A DNA stretch of 64,000 bases from an uncultured Clostridia bacterium (GTDB lineage Bacteria > Bacillota > Clostridia > TANB77 > CAG-508): NCBI GenBank assembly GCA_934122155.1, contig CAKOVX010000006.1, positions 23-64,022 of the forward strand. Reading direction: 5' to 3'. Below the pieces are notes generated by a model. The model saw only the letters and a program-made list of their open reading frames with translations. It was not told where the DNA came from and did no database searches. Numbering within the stretch: the stretch's first letter is position 1; each line of letters opens with the position of its first letter. Both the position numbers and the translations under genes were made by a program. Shown in pieces: positions 29,154 to 39,875 of this stretch.

Positions 29154-29909
29154 TCATATATACCATCCTCCATTTATTGAAATAATTTGTCCAGTTGTGT
29201 ATTCATCTTTAATAAGCCATTTCACACATTTTGCAATGTCTATTGTCTTCCCTATTTTATTTAATGGTATTTGTTCTTTTATCTGTTCCAATTCTTCAAA
29301 ATTTAGATTTTTATTCATATCTGTATCTATTATTCCTGGAGCAATTGCATTTACTCTTATATTTGATAACCCTACTTCTTTTGCTAATGCTTTTGTCAGT
29401 CCATTTATTGCCGCCTTTGTAGTTGAATATGCAACCTCACATGATGCACCTGTTTCTCCCCAAATAGATGAAATATTTATAATACACCCTTGTTGTTCTG
29501 GTATCATATATTTAAGTGCTTGTTGCGTACAATAAAATACTGAATTTAAATTTGTATTTATTATTTTTTGCCATTCATCTTCTGTCACATCAGTAAATAA
29601 TCCTTCTTGAGATATTCCTGCATTATTAATTAAAACATCAATTTTATTAAATTTATTTAATGCAAATTGTATTAGACTTTCTGCTTCTTCTTTTTTAGAA
29701 ACATCAGCTTTTATTATTTCAATTTCTTTTCCTTGTTCCAATAATTCTTGTTGTATTTTTTCTGCTTGCTCTTTTGAATTATTATAATTTAATATTACTT
29801 TATAATTTTCATTTGCTAATGTTTTTACTATTTGGGCTCCTATTCCTCTAGAGCCCCCTGTTACAACAACAACTTTATTAGCTATACTTTTTTCTCTGTT
29901 TTCTTCCAT
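29154..29909 (-). CDS. fabG: SDR family oxidoreductase, 3-oxoacyl-ACP reductase (FabG)-like
   Basis: 'VVVVTGGSRGIGAQI' and 'YSTTKAAINGLTK' (YxxxK). Confidence 0.8.
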   Translation of the reverse strand: MEENREKSIANKVVVVTGGSRGIGAQIVKTLANENYKVILNYNNSKEQAEKIQQELLEQGKEIEIIKADVSKKEEAESLIQFALNKFNKIDVLINNAGISQEGLFTDVTEDEWQKIINTNLNSVFYCTQQALKYMIPEQQGCIINISSIWGETGASCEVAYSTTKAAINGLTKALAKEVGLSNIRVNAIAPGIIDTDMNKNLNFEELEQIKEQIPLNKIGKTIDIAKCVKWLIKDEYTTGQIISINGGWYI

Positions 29910-30016
29910 GATTTAAGTTCGCTCCTTTATACGTTTCAGTCAACGAATGACAATTAGGACATAATAATATGACAAAGAACTAGGCAAGTTGTACAACAAA
30001 CCTAGTTCTAAGTAAT

Positions 30017-30092
<76 letters not shown>

Positions 30093-30097
30093 ATATC

Positions 30098-30172
30098 TGG
30101 TGACCCCGACGGGAATCGAACCCATGTCTCCGCCGTGAAAGGGCGATGTCTTAACCGCTTGACCACGGGGCC
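30098..30172 (-). tRNA. tRNA-Glu (anticodon TTC)
   Basis: GGCCCCGTGGTCAAGCGGTTAAGAC...CTTTCAC anticodon loop...GGTTCGATTCC, CCA encoded. Confidence 0.85.
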
Positions 30173-30216
30173 AATAAAGAAACTTGCTAGGATTTAATCA
30201 AATTAAATCCTAGTTA

Positions 30217-30292
30217 TGGTGAGCCATCGCGGACTCGAACCGCGGACAACTTGATTAAAAGTCAAGTGCTCTACCACCTGAGCTAATGACCC
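30217..30292 (-). tRNA. tRNA-Lys (anticodon TTT)
   Basis: D-arm GCTCAGGTGGTAGAGC; anticodon stem CTTGA/TCAAG with loop CTTTTAA; CCA encoded. Confidence 0.85.
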
Positions 30293-30414
30293 AAGTTTCA
30301 AGCTCGTTACTAACTTTTTTTACGTTAGCACAAGCCTAATTTTAAACTATTTTTTATCATTTGTCAATAGATTTTTCATTTTTTGTGAAAAAAATGTAAT
30401 TTTTTTTTGAATTT

Positions 30415-30600
30415 TTATGAATTTAGCTTCTTAATTAACTCTTCAACATCTATTCCATGTACTTCACAAGCCTCTTCTATTGTTTCTGCTTGTGATGCTG
30501 GACAACCTAAACAATGCATTCCTGCTTCTAATAAAATCTCTGCCTTTTCTGGAGCTTTTTCTAATAATTCTCCTATTGTCATATCTTTATTTATTTCCAT
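30415..30600 (-). CDS. DUF1858 / hybrid-cluster-protein-associated redox disulfide domain protein
   Basis: 61 aa; 'MTIGELLEKAPEKAEILLEAGMHCLGCPASQAETIEEACEVHGID'. Confidence 0.75.
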   Translation of the reverse strand: MEINKDMTIGELLEKAPEKAEILLEAGMHCLGCPASQAETIEEACEVHGIDVEELIKKLNS

Positions 30601-30935
30601 ATTCGATACCTTTCCTTTCTATTGGTACAAATTTTGTTGAAATTATAGTAATTTTTCAACTTTTTACCTTCAGTACAAATTTAATTTTATCATATTTTTA
30701 TTAAAAAGTATAGACAAATTTCAAAATATATTATATGATTGTTAAAAATTGGAAGGTGGTGTTAATATATTAATTTAATTGATTATTTTTTCATTATCCT
30801 TATTATCAATAGTTTTATCTTTTTTTATTCATTATATAATTTTTTTGATATTAAAGTTTTTCATAATCTACAAGGTTCAAAATTAAAATTAAAAAATCCC
30901 ACTAATTTTAAATAATTATTTTTAAGGAGGTGTTT

Positions 30936-32655
30936 ATGAATTAAACGAGTTTTATTCATTTTATTTTTTACGCTTATTTTTTGTTTTATTGGTTATAAAA
31001 TATTTTCTCCTATTTATTTTCAAAGCCACATTATTATTGATTATGGTTTACACCCTTTTGATATTTGTATAGAGCAACCTGTTTTATGGAAATATTTAAA
31101 AATATTATTTTTAATTACTTATATTTATTCTGGAATATTTTTTTCTAATTTATTATCTAATGTATTTCATTTGAAAAATAAATCAAAAATAAATAAAAAA
31201 AACAAATTAAATAAAAATAATTATTCTTTAATAAATTCAAATAAAAAATGTGAATTAAAATTATTAGTTGGAGAAAATGTAAATACCAAAGAAATTATTT
31301 ATTTACCTGAAAAAAGTTTATACCAAAATATTTTAATTACCGGAACTATTGGTACTGGAAAAACCAGCAGTGCTATGTACCCATTTACTAAACAATTAAT
31401 TAAATATGAAAATTATAATAATGATAAAAAATTAGGTATGTTGATTTTAGATGTTAAAGGAAATTATTATCGAAAAGTTATAGAATTTGCAGATGAATTT
31501 AATAGGCATGACGATATTATTGTTGTTGAATTAAATGGCAAATATAAATATAATCCTTTGCACAAGCCAAACTTGAAGCCATCTATTCTTGCTAACAGAT
31601 TAAAAACAATTTTATTACTTTTTTCAAAAAATAATTCTGAGAGTTATTGGTTAGATAAATCAGCTCAAATTTTAGAAGAATGTATTAAACTGTGTAGGCT
31701 CTATAACAATAATTATGTTACATTTGATGAGTTACATAAATTAATTACTAATGATAATTATTATTTAGAAAAATTAAATTATTTGCGTGATAATTTTATT
31801 AAAAACATTTTTTCTGAGAGTCAAATTTATGATTTATATTCTAGTTTAAATTTTTTCGAAAAAGAATATTTGAATTTAGATCAAAGAACTATGTCCATTT
31901 TAAAATCTGAAATTACCAGAATTACTAATTGTTTTATTTCTGATTATGATGTTTTAAATACTTTTAACCCTAAACAAGAAGAACTTAATTTTTTTGGTTT
32001 TGAAGAAGTATTAAAAAAAGGAAAAATTGTAGTATTAAATATGAATATAAATGAATATTCAAATTTATCAAAAATAATTGCAGCATATTTAAAATTAGAT
32101 TTTCAAACAGATGTAATGACTAGGCTTGCCAACAGTAAAGACAATAATTTTAGGAGTGTTTGTTTTATTTCTGATGAATATTCTGAATATTGCACAGAAA
32201 CTGACTGTAATTTTTTTTCGCAAAGTAGAGAAGCAAAATGTATAAATATTGTTGCCACACAAAGTTATACTTCTTTATTAAATACTCTTCATGATCAATC
32301 TGCAGTAAATGTTATTATTCAAAATTTAATAAATAAATTATGGTTTAGAAGTGATGACATTTTTACAATTGAAAATGCACAAAAACAAATTGGAAAAGAA
32401 GACAAAGAAAAAATATCAAGAGGAATCTCAGAAAATGCTAAAGAAACTGTTTATAGTTATTTTACTAATTCTTTAAATTCTAAAAATTCTAATATTTCGG
32501 AAACCATTACCACAACTCTTCAAAATGATTTTGTTTATGATACCAATTTTTTTACCAGACATTTGACTAATTTTCACTGTTTAGGTTTTTTATCAACTGG
32601 TACTGAAATTATTCCACCATCTGAATTAAAATTATTTCCATATTTTAATAATTAA
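30936..32655 (+). CDS. type IV secretion coupling protein (VirD4/TraG/TrwB-like ATPase); its 5' end has a 1-nt frameshift or an ATT start
   Basis: SD AAGGAGG followed by ATG-AAT-TAA; from ATT at 30940 an unbroken frame encodes two N-terminal TM helices (VLFILFFTLIFCFIGY; YLKILFLITYIYSGIFF), then Walker A 'GTIGTGKTSS', 'ILDVKGNYY' and 'FISDEYSEY'. Confidence 0.7.
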
Positions 32656-32677
32656 TATTTTTTAGGAGGTTTTATTT

Positions 32678-33022
32678 ATGTTTAAATTTATTTATAAAAA
32701 AAGATTTTTATTTATCTTATTATTTATTTTATTTTTATTTATTCTTTCTTCAGACACATATGCTAATTTTTTTAATGGCAACCCAGAAATTGTAGATAAA
32801 TTAAATTCTGCTTTTGAAAAAATTGAAAGTTGGATGTTAAAATTAGCAACTCCCGCGGCTGCTGTGGCTGTTGCCGTTGGATTATTTATGAAAAAATTTA
32901 GCTTTGGTGATGAAGAAAGACTAAGAGTTGCAAAAAAATTAATTAGAGGCAGTTTATTTTCTTATGCTTTTATTTTAGTTTTAGACCTAATTTTATCTGC
33001 AATTAGTTCTTTATTAACTTAA
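32678..33022 (+). CDS. VirB2/TrbC-like T4SS pilin candidate
   Basis: Signal peptide (...SSDTYA) then two hydrophobic helices separated by a short charged loop (LATPAAAVAVAVGLFM ... LFSYAFILVLDLILSAI). Confidence 0.55.
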   Translation: MFKFIYKKRFLFILLFILFLFILSSDTYANFFNGNPEIVDKLNSAFEKIESWMLKLATPAAAVAVAVGLFMKKFSFGDEERLRVAKKLIRGSLFSYAFILVLDLILSAISSLLT

Positions 33023-33037
33023 TTTGGTGGTGATGTT

Positions 33038-33916
33038 TTGGAAACTTCTAATTTAACAACTTCAATTATTGAAACAATTAATTCTATTTTTGAAACTTTA
33101 TTTTCTTCTATTGATACTACAATTTATTCTGTTTTGGATGAACTAACTTTTATTAATAAAGATATTTTAAATAATTCTATATTTCAAAAAATATTTGATT
33201 CTAATAGTTATAATGGTTTATTAGTAATTGCAAATTCTTTATTAGTTGGATTTTCTCTTTATTATGCCATCCGTTTAATTTATTCTTATTATATGAATTT
33301 ACAAATTGAAAGACCTTATCAATTTATTCTTAAATTATTAATTTTTGGAATTGTAATGAATTGTTCTTATTTTATTTGTAATCAATTTATTCAAATAAAT
33401 AGTTTTATTTCTGATGCAATTCGTACAGTTGGTTTAAATATTTTTGGACATGATATATCTTTTTCTGAATTAATAAATAAATTAAATTATATTTCAATTA
33501 AAGAAAATGAATTTAATATTTTTTCTTTTGATGGGTTAATAAAAAGTTTTATTTCTATTAGTTTATTTAATTTAATCTTTTCATATTCTTTAAGATATAT
33601 AATGGTAAAAGTATTTATTTTAATTACTCCTTTTGCAATATTAAGCTTGATAAATGAATCTACCTCTTGGTTTTTCAAAACTTGGCTTAGAACAATTTTA
33701 TCTTTATTATTTCAACAATCTTTAGTTGCAATTATATTATTAATTATTTTTTCTTTTAATTTTTCTTCAAATAATATTATTTCTCAATTAATGTGTATTG
33801 GTGGAATATATGCACTGGTGCGTGCTAATTCATATATTAGAAGTTTAATTGGTGGTATTTCAACAGATGTTTCAAATAATTTTAATATTGGCAGCAAATT
33901 TTTAAAAAATATTTAA
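33038..33916 (+). CDS. VirB6/TrbL-like polytopic membrane protein
   Basis: 292 aa with at least 5 TM helices, directly downstream of the pilin-like gene; TTG start. Confidence 0.5.
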   Translation: METSNLTTSIIETINSIFETLFSSIDTTIYSVLDELTFINKDILNNSIFQKIFDSNSYNGLLVIANSLLVGFSLYYAIRLIYSYYMNLQIERPYQFILKLLIFGIVMNCSYFICNQFIQINSFISDAIRTVGLNIFGHDISFSELINKLNYISIKENEFNIFSFDGLIKSFISISLFNLIFSYSLRYIMVKVFILITPFAILSLINESTSWFFKTWLRTILSLLFQQSLVAIILLIIFSFNFSSNNIISQLMCIGGIYALVRANSYIRSLIGGISTDVSNNFNIGSKFLKNI

Positions 33917-33930
33917 AAGGAGTTTTATTT

Positions 33931-34212
33931 ATGAAATTTATTTTTCCACAAAATTATAATTTTAAAAATAAATTATTTGGAATAATTGATTATTCAAGTT
34001 TAATTTTTAATATTCTTTGGAATTTAATTGTCTTTTTATTAGTTAATTTATTATTTAAAAACAATAATATCAAAATATTTATTTTTATTATTTTTTCTTT
34101 GCCTATTTTTTTATTTACTATTTTGGGATTTAATCATGAAAATATTTTAAGTGTTTTCATGTATTTAATTAAATATATAAAAAGACCCAAAATATATTTT
34201 TATTCAAAATAA
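33931..34212 (+). CDS. VirB3/PrgI-like small two-TM protein
   Basis: 93 aa with two hydrophobic helices, in the T4SS gene neighbourhood. Confidence 0.45.
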   Translation: MKFIFPQNYNFKNKLFGIIDYSSLIFNILWNLIVFLLVNLLFKNNNIKIFIFIIFSLPIFLFTILGFNHENILSVFMYLIKYIKRPKIYFYSK

Positions 34213-34291
34213 CTTTTTCCTCATAAGTTTATTGTAAATCAAATAGAAAAATGATATAATTTGACAAAACATAACATTGGGGGAGTTTTTT

Positions 34292-35260
34292 ATGAAGTTA
34301 GAGCAAAATGATTTATTACCTTTGTTTTCAAGTACTAGTCTTCCAGATATATTTTTTACAGAATATTTACCTGAAGCAAATGGTGATTATCTTAAAGTCT
34401 ATTTGTATATTTTATTTTTGTCAAAATATGATAAAGATATTAAATTAAATGATTTAAGTAAAAAATTAAATCTTTCTTTTAAGGTAATTCAAGATGCAAT
34501 GAAATATTGGGAAGACCAAAATGTTATTGTTAAGAAAAATACAGGTTATGCTTTTAATAATTTACAAGAAATAGAATTAAATAACTTATATAAGCCTAGA
34601 GTTGCTTTGTCAGCTGAACAAGTACAAAAATCAGCTGAAAGTCAAAAGCGTGCTAAAACTATGGAATATATAAATAATAGATATTTTTCTGGTTTAATGC
34701 CAACTACTTGGTACCCTGATATAGAATTATGGTTTAAAAAATATGGTTTTGATGATGAAGTTATGATGGCATTATTTAATCATTGCTTTGACAAATCTGC
34801 ATTACACAAAAATTATATTCAAACAGTTGCAGATGCCTGGGCAAAAAATTCAATTAAAACATATAATGATCTAGATTTATATTTTGAAAAGCAAGAAGCT
34901 GTTAATAAAATTGCTAATATGGTTATTAAAAAATTGGGCCTTGGCAGACAACTTTCTCAATATGAATATGCTTATGTTGAAAAATGGATAGTTGATTTTA
35001 AATTTAATTTTGATATTATTGAAATTGCTTTAAAAAGAACTACATCAAAAGTAAATCCAAGTTTTGATTATATAGATAAATTATTAACTGATTGGCATGA
35101 TAGAGGTTTTACTTCTGCTGAACAAGTTCAGAAGTTTTTATTAGATATGAAACAAAAAAATAAGGATATTAAAACTTTAGAAAAATCAACAAAAAATTAT
35201 CAAAATTACAATCAGAGAAATTATGATAACTTAAATAGTCTATATGCTAATAAATTATAG
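34292..35260 (+). CDS. DnaD-domain replication initiation/membrane attachment protein (phage/plasmid type)
   Basis: DnaD/DnaB_2-like C-terminal region 'YVEKWIVDFKFNFDIIEIALKRT'; TTGTAA-16-TATAAT promoter at 34233-34260; ATG follows SD GGGGGAG. Confidence 0.75.
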   Translation: MKLEQNDLLPLFSSTSLPDIFFTEYLPEANGDYLKVYLYILFLSKYDKDIKLNDLSKKLNLSFKVIQDAMKYWEDQNVIVKKNTGYAFNNLQEIELNNLYKPRVALSAEQVQKSAESQKRAKTMEYINNRYFSGLMPTTWYPDIELWFKKYGFDDEVMMALFNHCFDKSALHKNYIQTVADAWAKNSIKTYNDLDLYFEKQEAVNKIANMVIKKLGLGRQLSQYEYAYVEKWIVDFKFNFDIIEIALKRTTSKVNPSFDYIDKLLTDWHDRGFTSAEQVQKFLLDMKQKNKDIKTLEKSTKNYQNYNQRNYDNLNSLYANKL

Positions 35261-35269
35261 GAGGTTGTT

Positions 35270-36262
35270 TTGAATAATTCTACTTTAAAATCTCTTTTAA
35301 TTGAATATGATAAAAAAAGAAGAAATGCTGAAAATATTGCCCAAAAAGAAAAAGAAAATTTATATGCGGAATTTCCAGAACTTGATGAAATAGATAAAAA
35401 GTTAAGTTCTTTGGCATTTTCTTCAATGATAGAATTAACTAAAAATAATGATAAAAAAATAATAGAAAATTTGAATTCTAATATTGAATTATTAAAAAAG
35501 AAAAAAGAAGATATATTAAATTCTATTGGAGAAAAAGCAAAAAAAATAATTCCAAATTATGAATGTAAAAAATGTAATGATACTGGATATATTTTTGATG
35601 GAAATTCCACAGAAATGTGTAGTTGTTTAAAACAAAAAATTTATGATATCGAATATAATAAATCAAATATTTCTAATTTAGAAAAACAAAATTTTAATAG
35701 TTTTAATTTAGCTTTTTATTCTGATGAAGTAAATAAACAAAAATATAATTCAGACATCTCACCTAGAGAAAATATTAAAATAATTAAAAATATTTGTGAT
35801 AATTTTATTAATAATTTTGATAATCCTGAACAACATAATTTATTATTTACAGGCAACACTGGTCTAGGAAAAACATTTTTATCTAGCTGTATCGCAAATG
35901 AATTATTAAAAAAAGGGAAAACTGTATTATACCAAACATCTTCAGTTATGCTTGATACAATTATTAATTATCGTTTTGGTAAATCAAATGTTTCTAAGGA
36001 TATATATGATTATTTATTAAATGTAGATTTACTTATTATTGATGATTTAGGAACTGAAGGAATAAACAACATGAAATTAGTTGAATTATTTAATATTTTA
36101 AATAGTAGACTTTTAACCCCAAATAAAAAAACTATTATTTCTACTAATTTAAGTTTGCAAAATTTATTTAATACTTATGATGAAAGAATTGTTTCAAGAA
36201 TTGTGGGAAATTATGATATATGTTACTTTTTCGGAGATGATATTCGTTTTAAAAATAAATAA
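35270..36262 (+). CDS. DnaC/DnaI-like helicase loader (IstB-like AAA+ ATPase) with N-terminal Cys4 zinc motif
   Basis: 'CKKCNDTGYI...MCSC'; Walker A 'GNTGLGKTFL'; Walker B 'LLIIDDLGTE'; TTG start after SD AGGAGG. Confidence 0.8.
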   Translation: MNNSTLKSLLIEYDKKRRNAENIAQKEKENLYAEFPELDEIDKKLSSLAFSSMIELTKNNDKKIIENLNSNIELLKKKKEDILNSIGEKAKKIIPNYECKKCNDTGYIFDGNSTEMCSCLKQKIYDIEYNKSNISNLEKQNFNSFNLAFYSDEVNKQKYNSDISPRENIKIIKNICDNFINNFDNPEQHNLLFTGNTGLGKTFLSSCIANELLKKGKTVLYQTSSVMLDTIINYRFGKSNVSKDIYDYLLNVDLLIIDDLGTEGINNMKLVELFNILNSRLLTPNKKTIISTNLSLQNLFNTYDERIVSRIVGNYDICYFFGDDIRFKNK

Positions 36263-36294
36263 AAAGATATTTCTTTTCAGAAATATCTTTTTTG
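36261..36294. terminator. bidirectional terminator (AAAGATATTTCT/AGAAATATCTTT)
   Basis: Hairpin with flanking A/T runs between the convergent DnaC-like gene and the 88-aa gene. Confidence 0.6.
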
Positions 36295-36298
36295 TTTT

Positions 36299-36565
36299 TT
36301 ATCTTTCTTCCCCAGCATTTTTTTCTTTTTCTCTCTTACTTTGTTCTTTTCTTGCATCTAATATATTTATTTCGTCCATTATAAGTTGGTGCATATTTTT
36401 TAAACCTTTGAAACGTTCTGGCAATTTGCTTTCAAATTTCCTGATGTCTTCTTCTATAAGCTCTTTTTCTTTTGGAAATTGCCCTTCTCTAGTTGTAGTA
36501 ATCTTATCATATAATTCATATTCAACAATAAGTAATAGCTGGGAAATTATTTTATCTTCATCCAT
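36299..36565 (-). CDS. hypothetical charged coiled-coil protein, probably co-transcribed with gyrA (3-nt gap)
   Basis: 88-aa ORF starting 3 nt after the gyrA stop. Confidence 0.6.
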   Translation of the reverse strand: MDEDKIISQLLLIVEYELYDKITTTREGQFPKEKELIEEDIRKFESKLPERFKGLKNMHQLIMDEINILDARKEQSKREKEKNAGEER

Positions 36566-36568
36566 TTT

Positions 36569-39025
36569 TTATTCTCCTTCATTTTCATCTGGAGCTATCG
36601 TTTCAATGCTAACAACCTTTCCTTCATTTGTTCTCATTAATGTTACACCTTGAGTAGATCTACCTAAGATACTAATATCTTTAACTTTTAATCTAATAAT
36701 AGTACCGTTATCTGTAATTAACATTACATCTTCATCATCTGTTGCAATACGTATACCAACTAAGCTTCCTGTTTTTGGTGTTATCTTATATGTTGTAACA
36801 CCTTTTCCACCTCTAGTTTGTACTCTATATTCATCTAATTCTGTTCTTTTTCCAAATCCATTTTCAGTAATTGCAAGTAATGTTGCATTTTTATTGCCTT
36901 CAATTATAGATTCCATTCCAATAACATAATCTTCACTATCTAGCCTAATACCTATAACACCTTGTGCTGTTCTTCCCATTGGTCTAACATCTTTTTCACT
37001 AAATGTTATACAAGAACCTTGGCTAGTAACTAATACTACATTATCTTGACCATCTGTTAATCTAACATCTATTAACTCATCATCTTCTCTTAATGTAATA
37101 GAAAGAAGTCCTGTTTTTCTAGTTGAATCAAATTCAGTTAGTGGAGTCTTTTTAATAAATCCTTGTTTTGTTCCCATTAACAAATATTTTCCATCTGCAA
37201 AATTACTAATTGGAATAACTGCTGATATTTTTTCTCCTGGGTCTAACCTTAATAAATTAACTATTGCAGTACCTTTTGCAGTTCTTCCTGCTTCTGGTAT
37301 TTCATACCCTCTTAATCTATATAATTTTCCTTTATTACTAAAGAATAATAGGGTATCATGAGTTGAAGCTGTAAATATTTGTTTAACAAAATCTTCTTCT
37401 CTTGTAGCTAATCCTGTAATTCCTTTGCCTCCACGTTTTTGGCTTTTATATGTATCTATTGGCATTCTTTTTACATATCCAAAATGTGTTAAAGTAATTA
37501 CTGTTTGTTCTTCTTTTACTAAATCTTCAATATTAATTTCGCCTTCTGCTGCAACGATTTTAGTTTTTCTTTCATCACCATATTTTTGTTTAATTTCTAA
37601 TAATTCTTCTTTAATAATATCAAATACTAATTTTTCACTTGCTAAAACAGCTCTTAAGTGTTCAATTAATTTCATTAATTCATTATATTCTTCATCTATT
37701 TTTTCTCTTTGCAATCCTGATAAAGTTTTTAATCTCATATCCAAAATAGCTTGTGCTTGAATATCTGATAAATTAAATCTTTCCATTAATCTTTCTTTTG
37801 GGTCATCATATGAACTACGAATAATATTTATTACTTCATCAATATTATCTAATGCAATTCTTAATCCTTCTAATATATGTGCTCTAGCTAATGCCTTATC
37901 TAAGTCAAATTGAGTTCTACGAAGAATAACTACTTTTCTGTGGTCAATATAGTAATCTAAGCATTGTCTTAGTGTTAAAACTTTTGGTTCTCCATTAACT
38001 AATGCAAGCATTATAACACCGAATGTATCTTGTAATTGTGTATGTTTATATAATTGATTTAATATAACTTGTGCATTTACATCTCTTTTTAATTCAATTA
38101 CAATTCTTACTTTTGATTCTCTATCAGATTCATCTCTAATTTCTGATATTCCTTCAATTCTTTTATCTTTTACTAATTCTGCAATGTTTTCAATTAATTT
38201 TGCTTTATTTACCTGATATGGAAGTGAATTTACAATAATTCTTTGCTTATTATTACTCATCTCTTCAATTTCACTTTCACCACGAACAGTAATTTTTCCT
38301 CTACCTGTTGTATATGCTTGTTTTATTCCCTCTATTCCTAAAATAAGTCCTTCTGTTGGAAAATCAGGTCCTTTTATAATCTCCATTAATTGCTCATCAG
38401 TAACATCATCTTCATCAATTATTTTTATAATCCCATCAATTACTTCTGTTAGGTTATGTGGTGGAATATTTGTTGCCATACCTACTGCAATTCCTGAAGA
38501 ACCATTTATTAATAAAGCTGGTATTTTGGCTGGAAGTACGGTTGGTTCTTGTAAACGATCATCATAGTTTGGCATAAAATCAACTGTATTTTTTTCAATA
38601 TCAGTAAGCATTGTTTCTGCTATTTTTGCCATTCTTGCTTCTGTATACCTCATTGCTGCTGCACCATCACCATCAATTGAACCAAAGTTTCCATGTCCAT
38701 CAATTAATGTATATCTTTGTGTAAAATCTTGAGCTAATCTTACCATTGCATCATATACTGAAGCATCTCCATGTGGATGGTATCTACCTAAAACAGAACC
38801 TACTGTATTAGCACATTTTCTGTAAGGCTTGTCTGATGTGATTCCATCCTCATACATAGCGTATAAAATTCTTCTATGTACAGGTTTTAAACCATCTCTT
38901 ACATCTGGAAGAGCTCTCGATACAATAACACTCATAGCATAATCAATATATGCTGTACGCATCTCTTTTTCAATATCGCGTTCTACTATTTTTCCGTCAT
39001 TTCTTTTTTCGTCGTTTGCTTCCAT
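36569..39025 (-). CDS. gyrA: DNA gyrase subunit A
   Basis: 818 aa; 'AMSVIVSRALPDVRDGLKPVHRR' and active-site Tyr region; C-terminal beta-pinwheel repeats. Confidence 0.97.
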   Translation of the reverse strand: MEANDEKRNDGKIVERDIEKEMRTAYIDYAMSVIVSRALPDVRDGLKPVHRRILYAMYEDGITSDKPYRKCANTVGSVLGRYHPHGDASVYDAMVRLAQDFTQRYTLIDGHGNFGSIDGDGAAAMRYTEARMAKIAETMLTDIEKNTVDFMPNYDDRLQEPTVLPAKIPALLINGSSGIAVGMATNIPPHNLTEVIDGIIKIIDEDDVTDEQLMEIIKGPDFPTEGLILGIEGIKQAYTTGRGKITVRGESEIEEMSNNKQRIIVNSLPYQVNKAKLIENIAELVKDKRIEGISEIRDESDRESKVRIVIELKRDVNAQVILNQLYKHTQLQDTFGVIMLALVNGEPKVLTLRQCLDYYIDHRKVVILRRTQFDLDKALARAHILEGLRIALDNIDEVINIIRSSYDDPKERLMERFNLSDIQAQAILDMRLKTLSGLQREKIDEEYNELMKLIEHLRAVLASEKLVFDIIKEELLEIKQKYGDERKTKIVAAEGEINIEDLVKEEQTVITLTHFGYVKRMPIDTYKSQKRGGKGITGLATREEDFVKQIFTASTHDTLLFFSNKGKLYRLRGYEIPEAGRTAKGTAIVNLLRLDPGEKISAVIPISNFADGKYLLMGTKQGFIKKTPLTEFDSTRKTGLLSITLREDDELIDVRLTDGQDNVVLVTSQGSCITFSEKDVRPMGRTAQGVIGIRLDSEDYVIGMESIIEGNKNATLLAITENGFGKRTELDEYRVQTRGGKGVTTYKITPKTGSLVGIRIATDDEDVMLITDNGTIIRLKVKDISILGRSTQGVTLMRTNEGKVVSIETIAPDENEGE

Positions 39026-39060
39026 TATTTTACCTCTTTTCTAGTATTTTTCACTCCTTT

Positions 39061-39089
39061 ATTATACTAAAACACTATAAAATTTGCAA
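39061..39089 (-). promoter_or_regulatory. sigma-A promoter of gyrA (TTGCAA-17 nt-TATAAT)
   Basis: Near-consensus -35/-10 with 17-nt spacer about 35 nt upstream of the gyrA ATG. Confidence 0.6.
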
Positions 39090-39092
39090 GTA

Positions 39093-39128
39093 AAAAATCG
39101 TGATTTTATGGCTTAAATCACGATTTTT
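39093..39128 (-). terminator. rho-independent terminator (AAATCGTGATTT/AAATCACGATTT) closing the island-2 operon
   Basis: Perfect 12-bp stem followed by a T-run. Confidence 0.6.
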
Positions 39129-39301
39129 TTATACTATTTAATTAAAATTTCAGCAAGCTTTTTTTGCTCTTCTGTTAAATTAAAATCATGCCCATTATTT
39201 TTTATAATTAGGTGTAAATTTTCTATTTGTCTTGCTTGTTTCAATGTTTCTTCTAATGGTAAAGTTTGTTTTAATCTATCTCTTATTTTTTCATATTCCC
39301 T

Positions 39302-39859
39302 TTACATTCCATCAAAATCTTGATTCTGATAATAATTTTTCCAATTATTTTCATACTTCCCTAATTTTTCTATATTATCTAACTGATTAGCAAATTCTGT
39401 CTCAATATTACTACTAACATTATCCAAAATAACATTTTTCCCTTGTCTAATTAAACTTCCAATACTTGATGGAATTAAGCCCTTTTTTACTGTATAACTT
39501 AAGGCTTTATCTAAAGTATCAGAAATACCATCAATTATTCCTCCATTTTTTACTGCATTTTGTGCCTGCGAAACACTTTCAAATTTTCCAGTAAATATTC
39601 CAGTTATACTTTTACCTAATTCAATCCCCTTTTCCACAGTTGCACTTATTCCTTCTTTTAGTCCTCCTTTTATTAAACTGTTTTTTATATCTATAACTTG
39701 ATTTTCAACAAAATCTGGTAATACCCACCTTAGTCCTAAATCAATTGCTGTATTTATTACTTTTCCCATTGTTGTATTTAAAAATCCACTTTGCTCTTTT
39801 TCTGTTACTAATTCATTATTATTTAATTGATTATTATTTAATATTAATTCTTTTTCCAT
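39302..39859 (-). CDS. hypothetical protein (185 aa); in-frame ORF continues 55 codons past its TAA stop
   Basis: Canonical SD + ATG; Gly/Ile-rich; frame stays open after the TAA (39134..39301). Confidence 0.6.
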   Translation of the reverse strand: MEKELILNNNQLNNNELVTEKEQSGFLNTTMGKVINTAIDLGLRWVLPDFVENQVIDIKNSLIKGGLKEGISATVEKGIELGKSITGIFTGKFESVSQAQNAVKNGGIIDGISDTLDKALSYTVKKGLIPSSIGSLIRQGKNVILDNVSSNIETEFANQLDNIEKLGKYENNWKNYYQNQDFDGM

Positions 39860-39875
39860 ATTAAATTTCTCCTTT

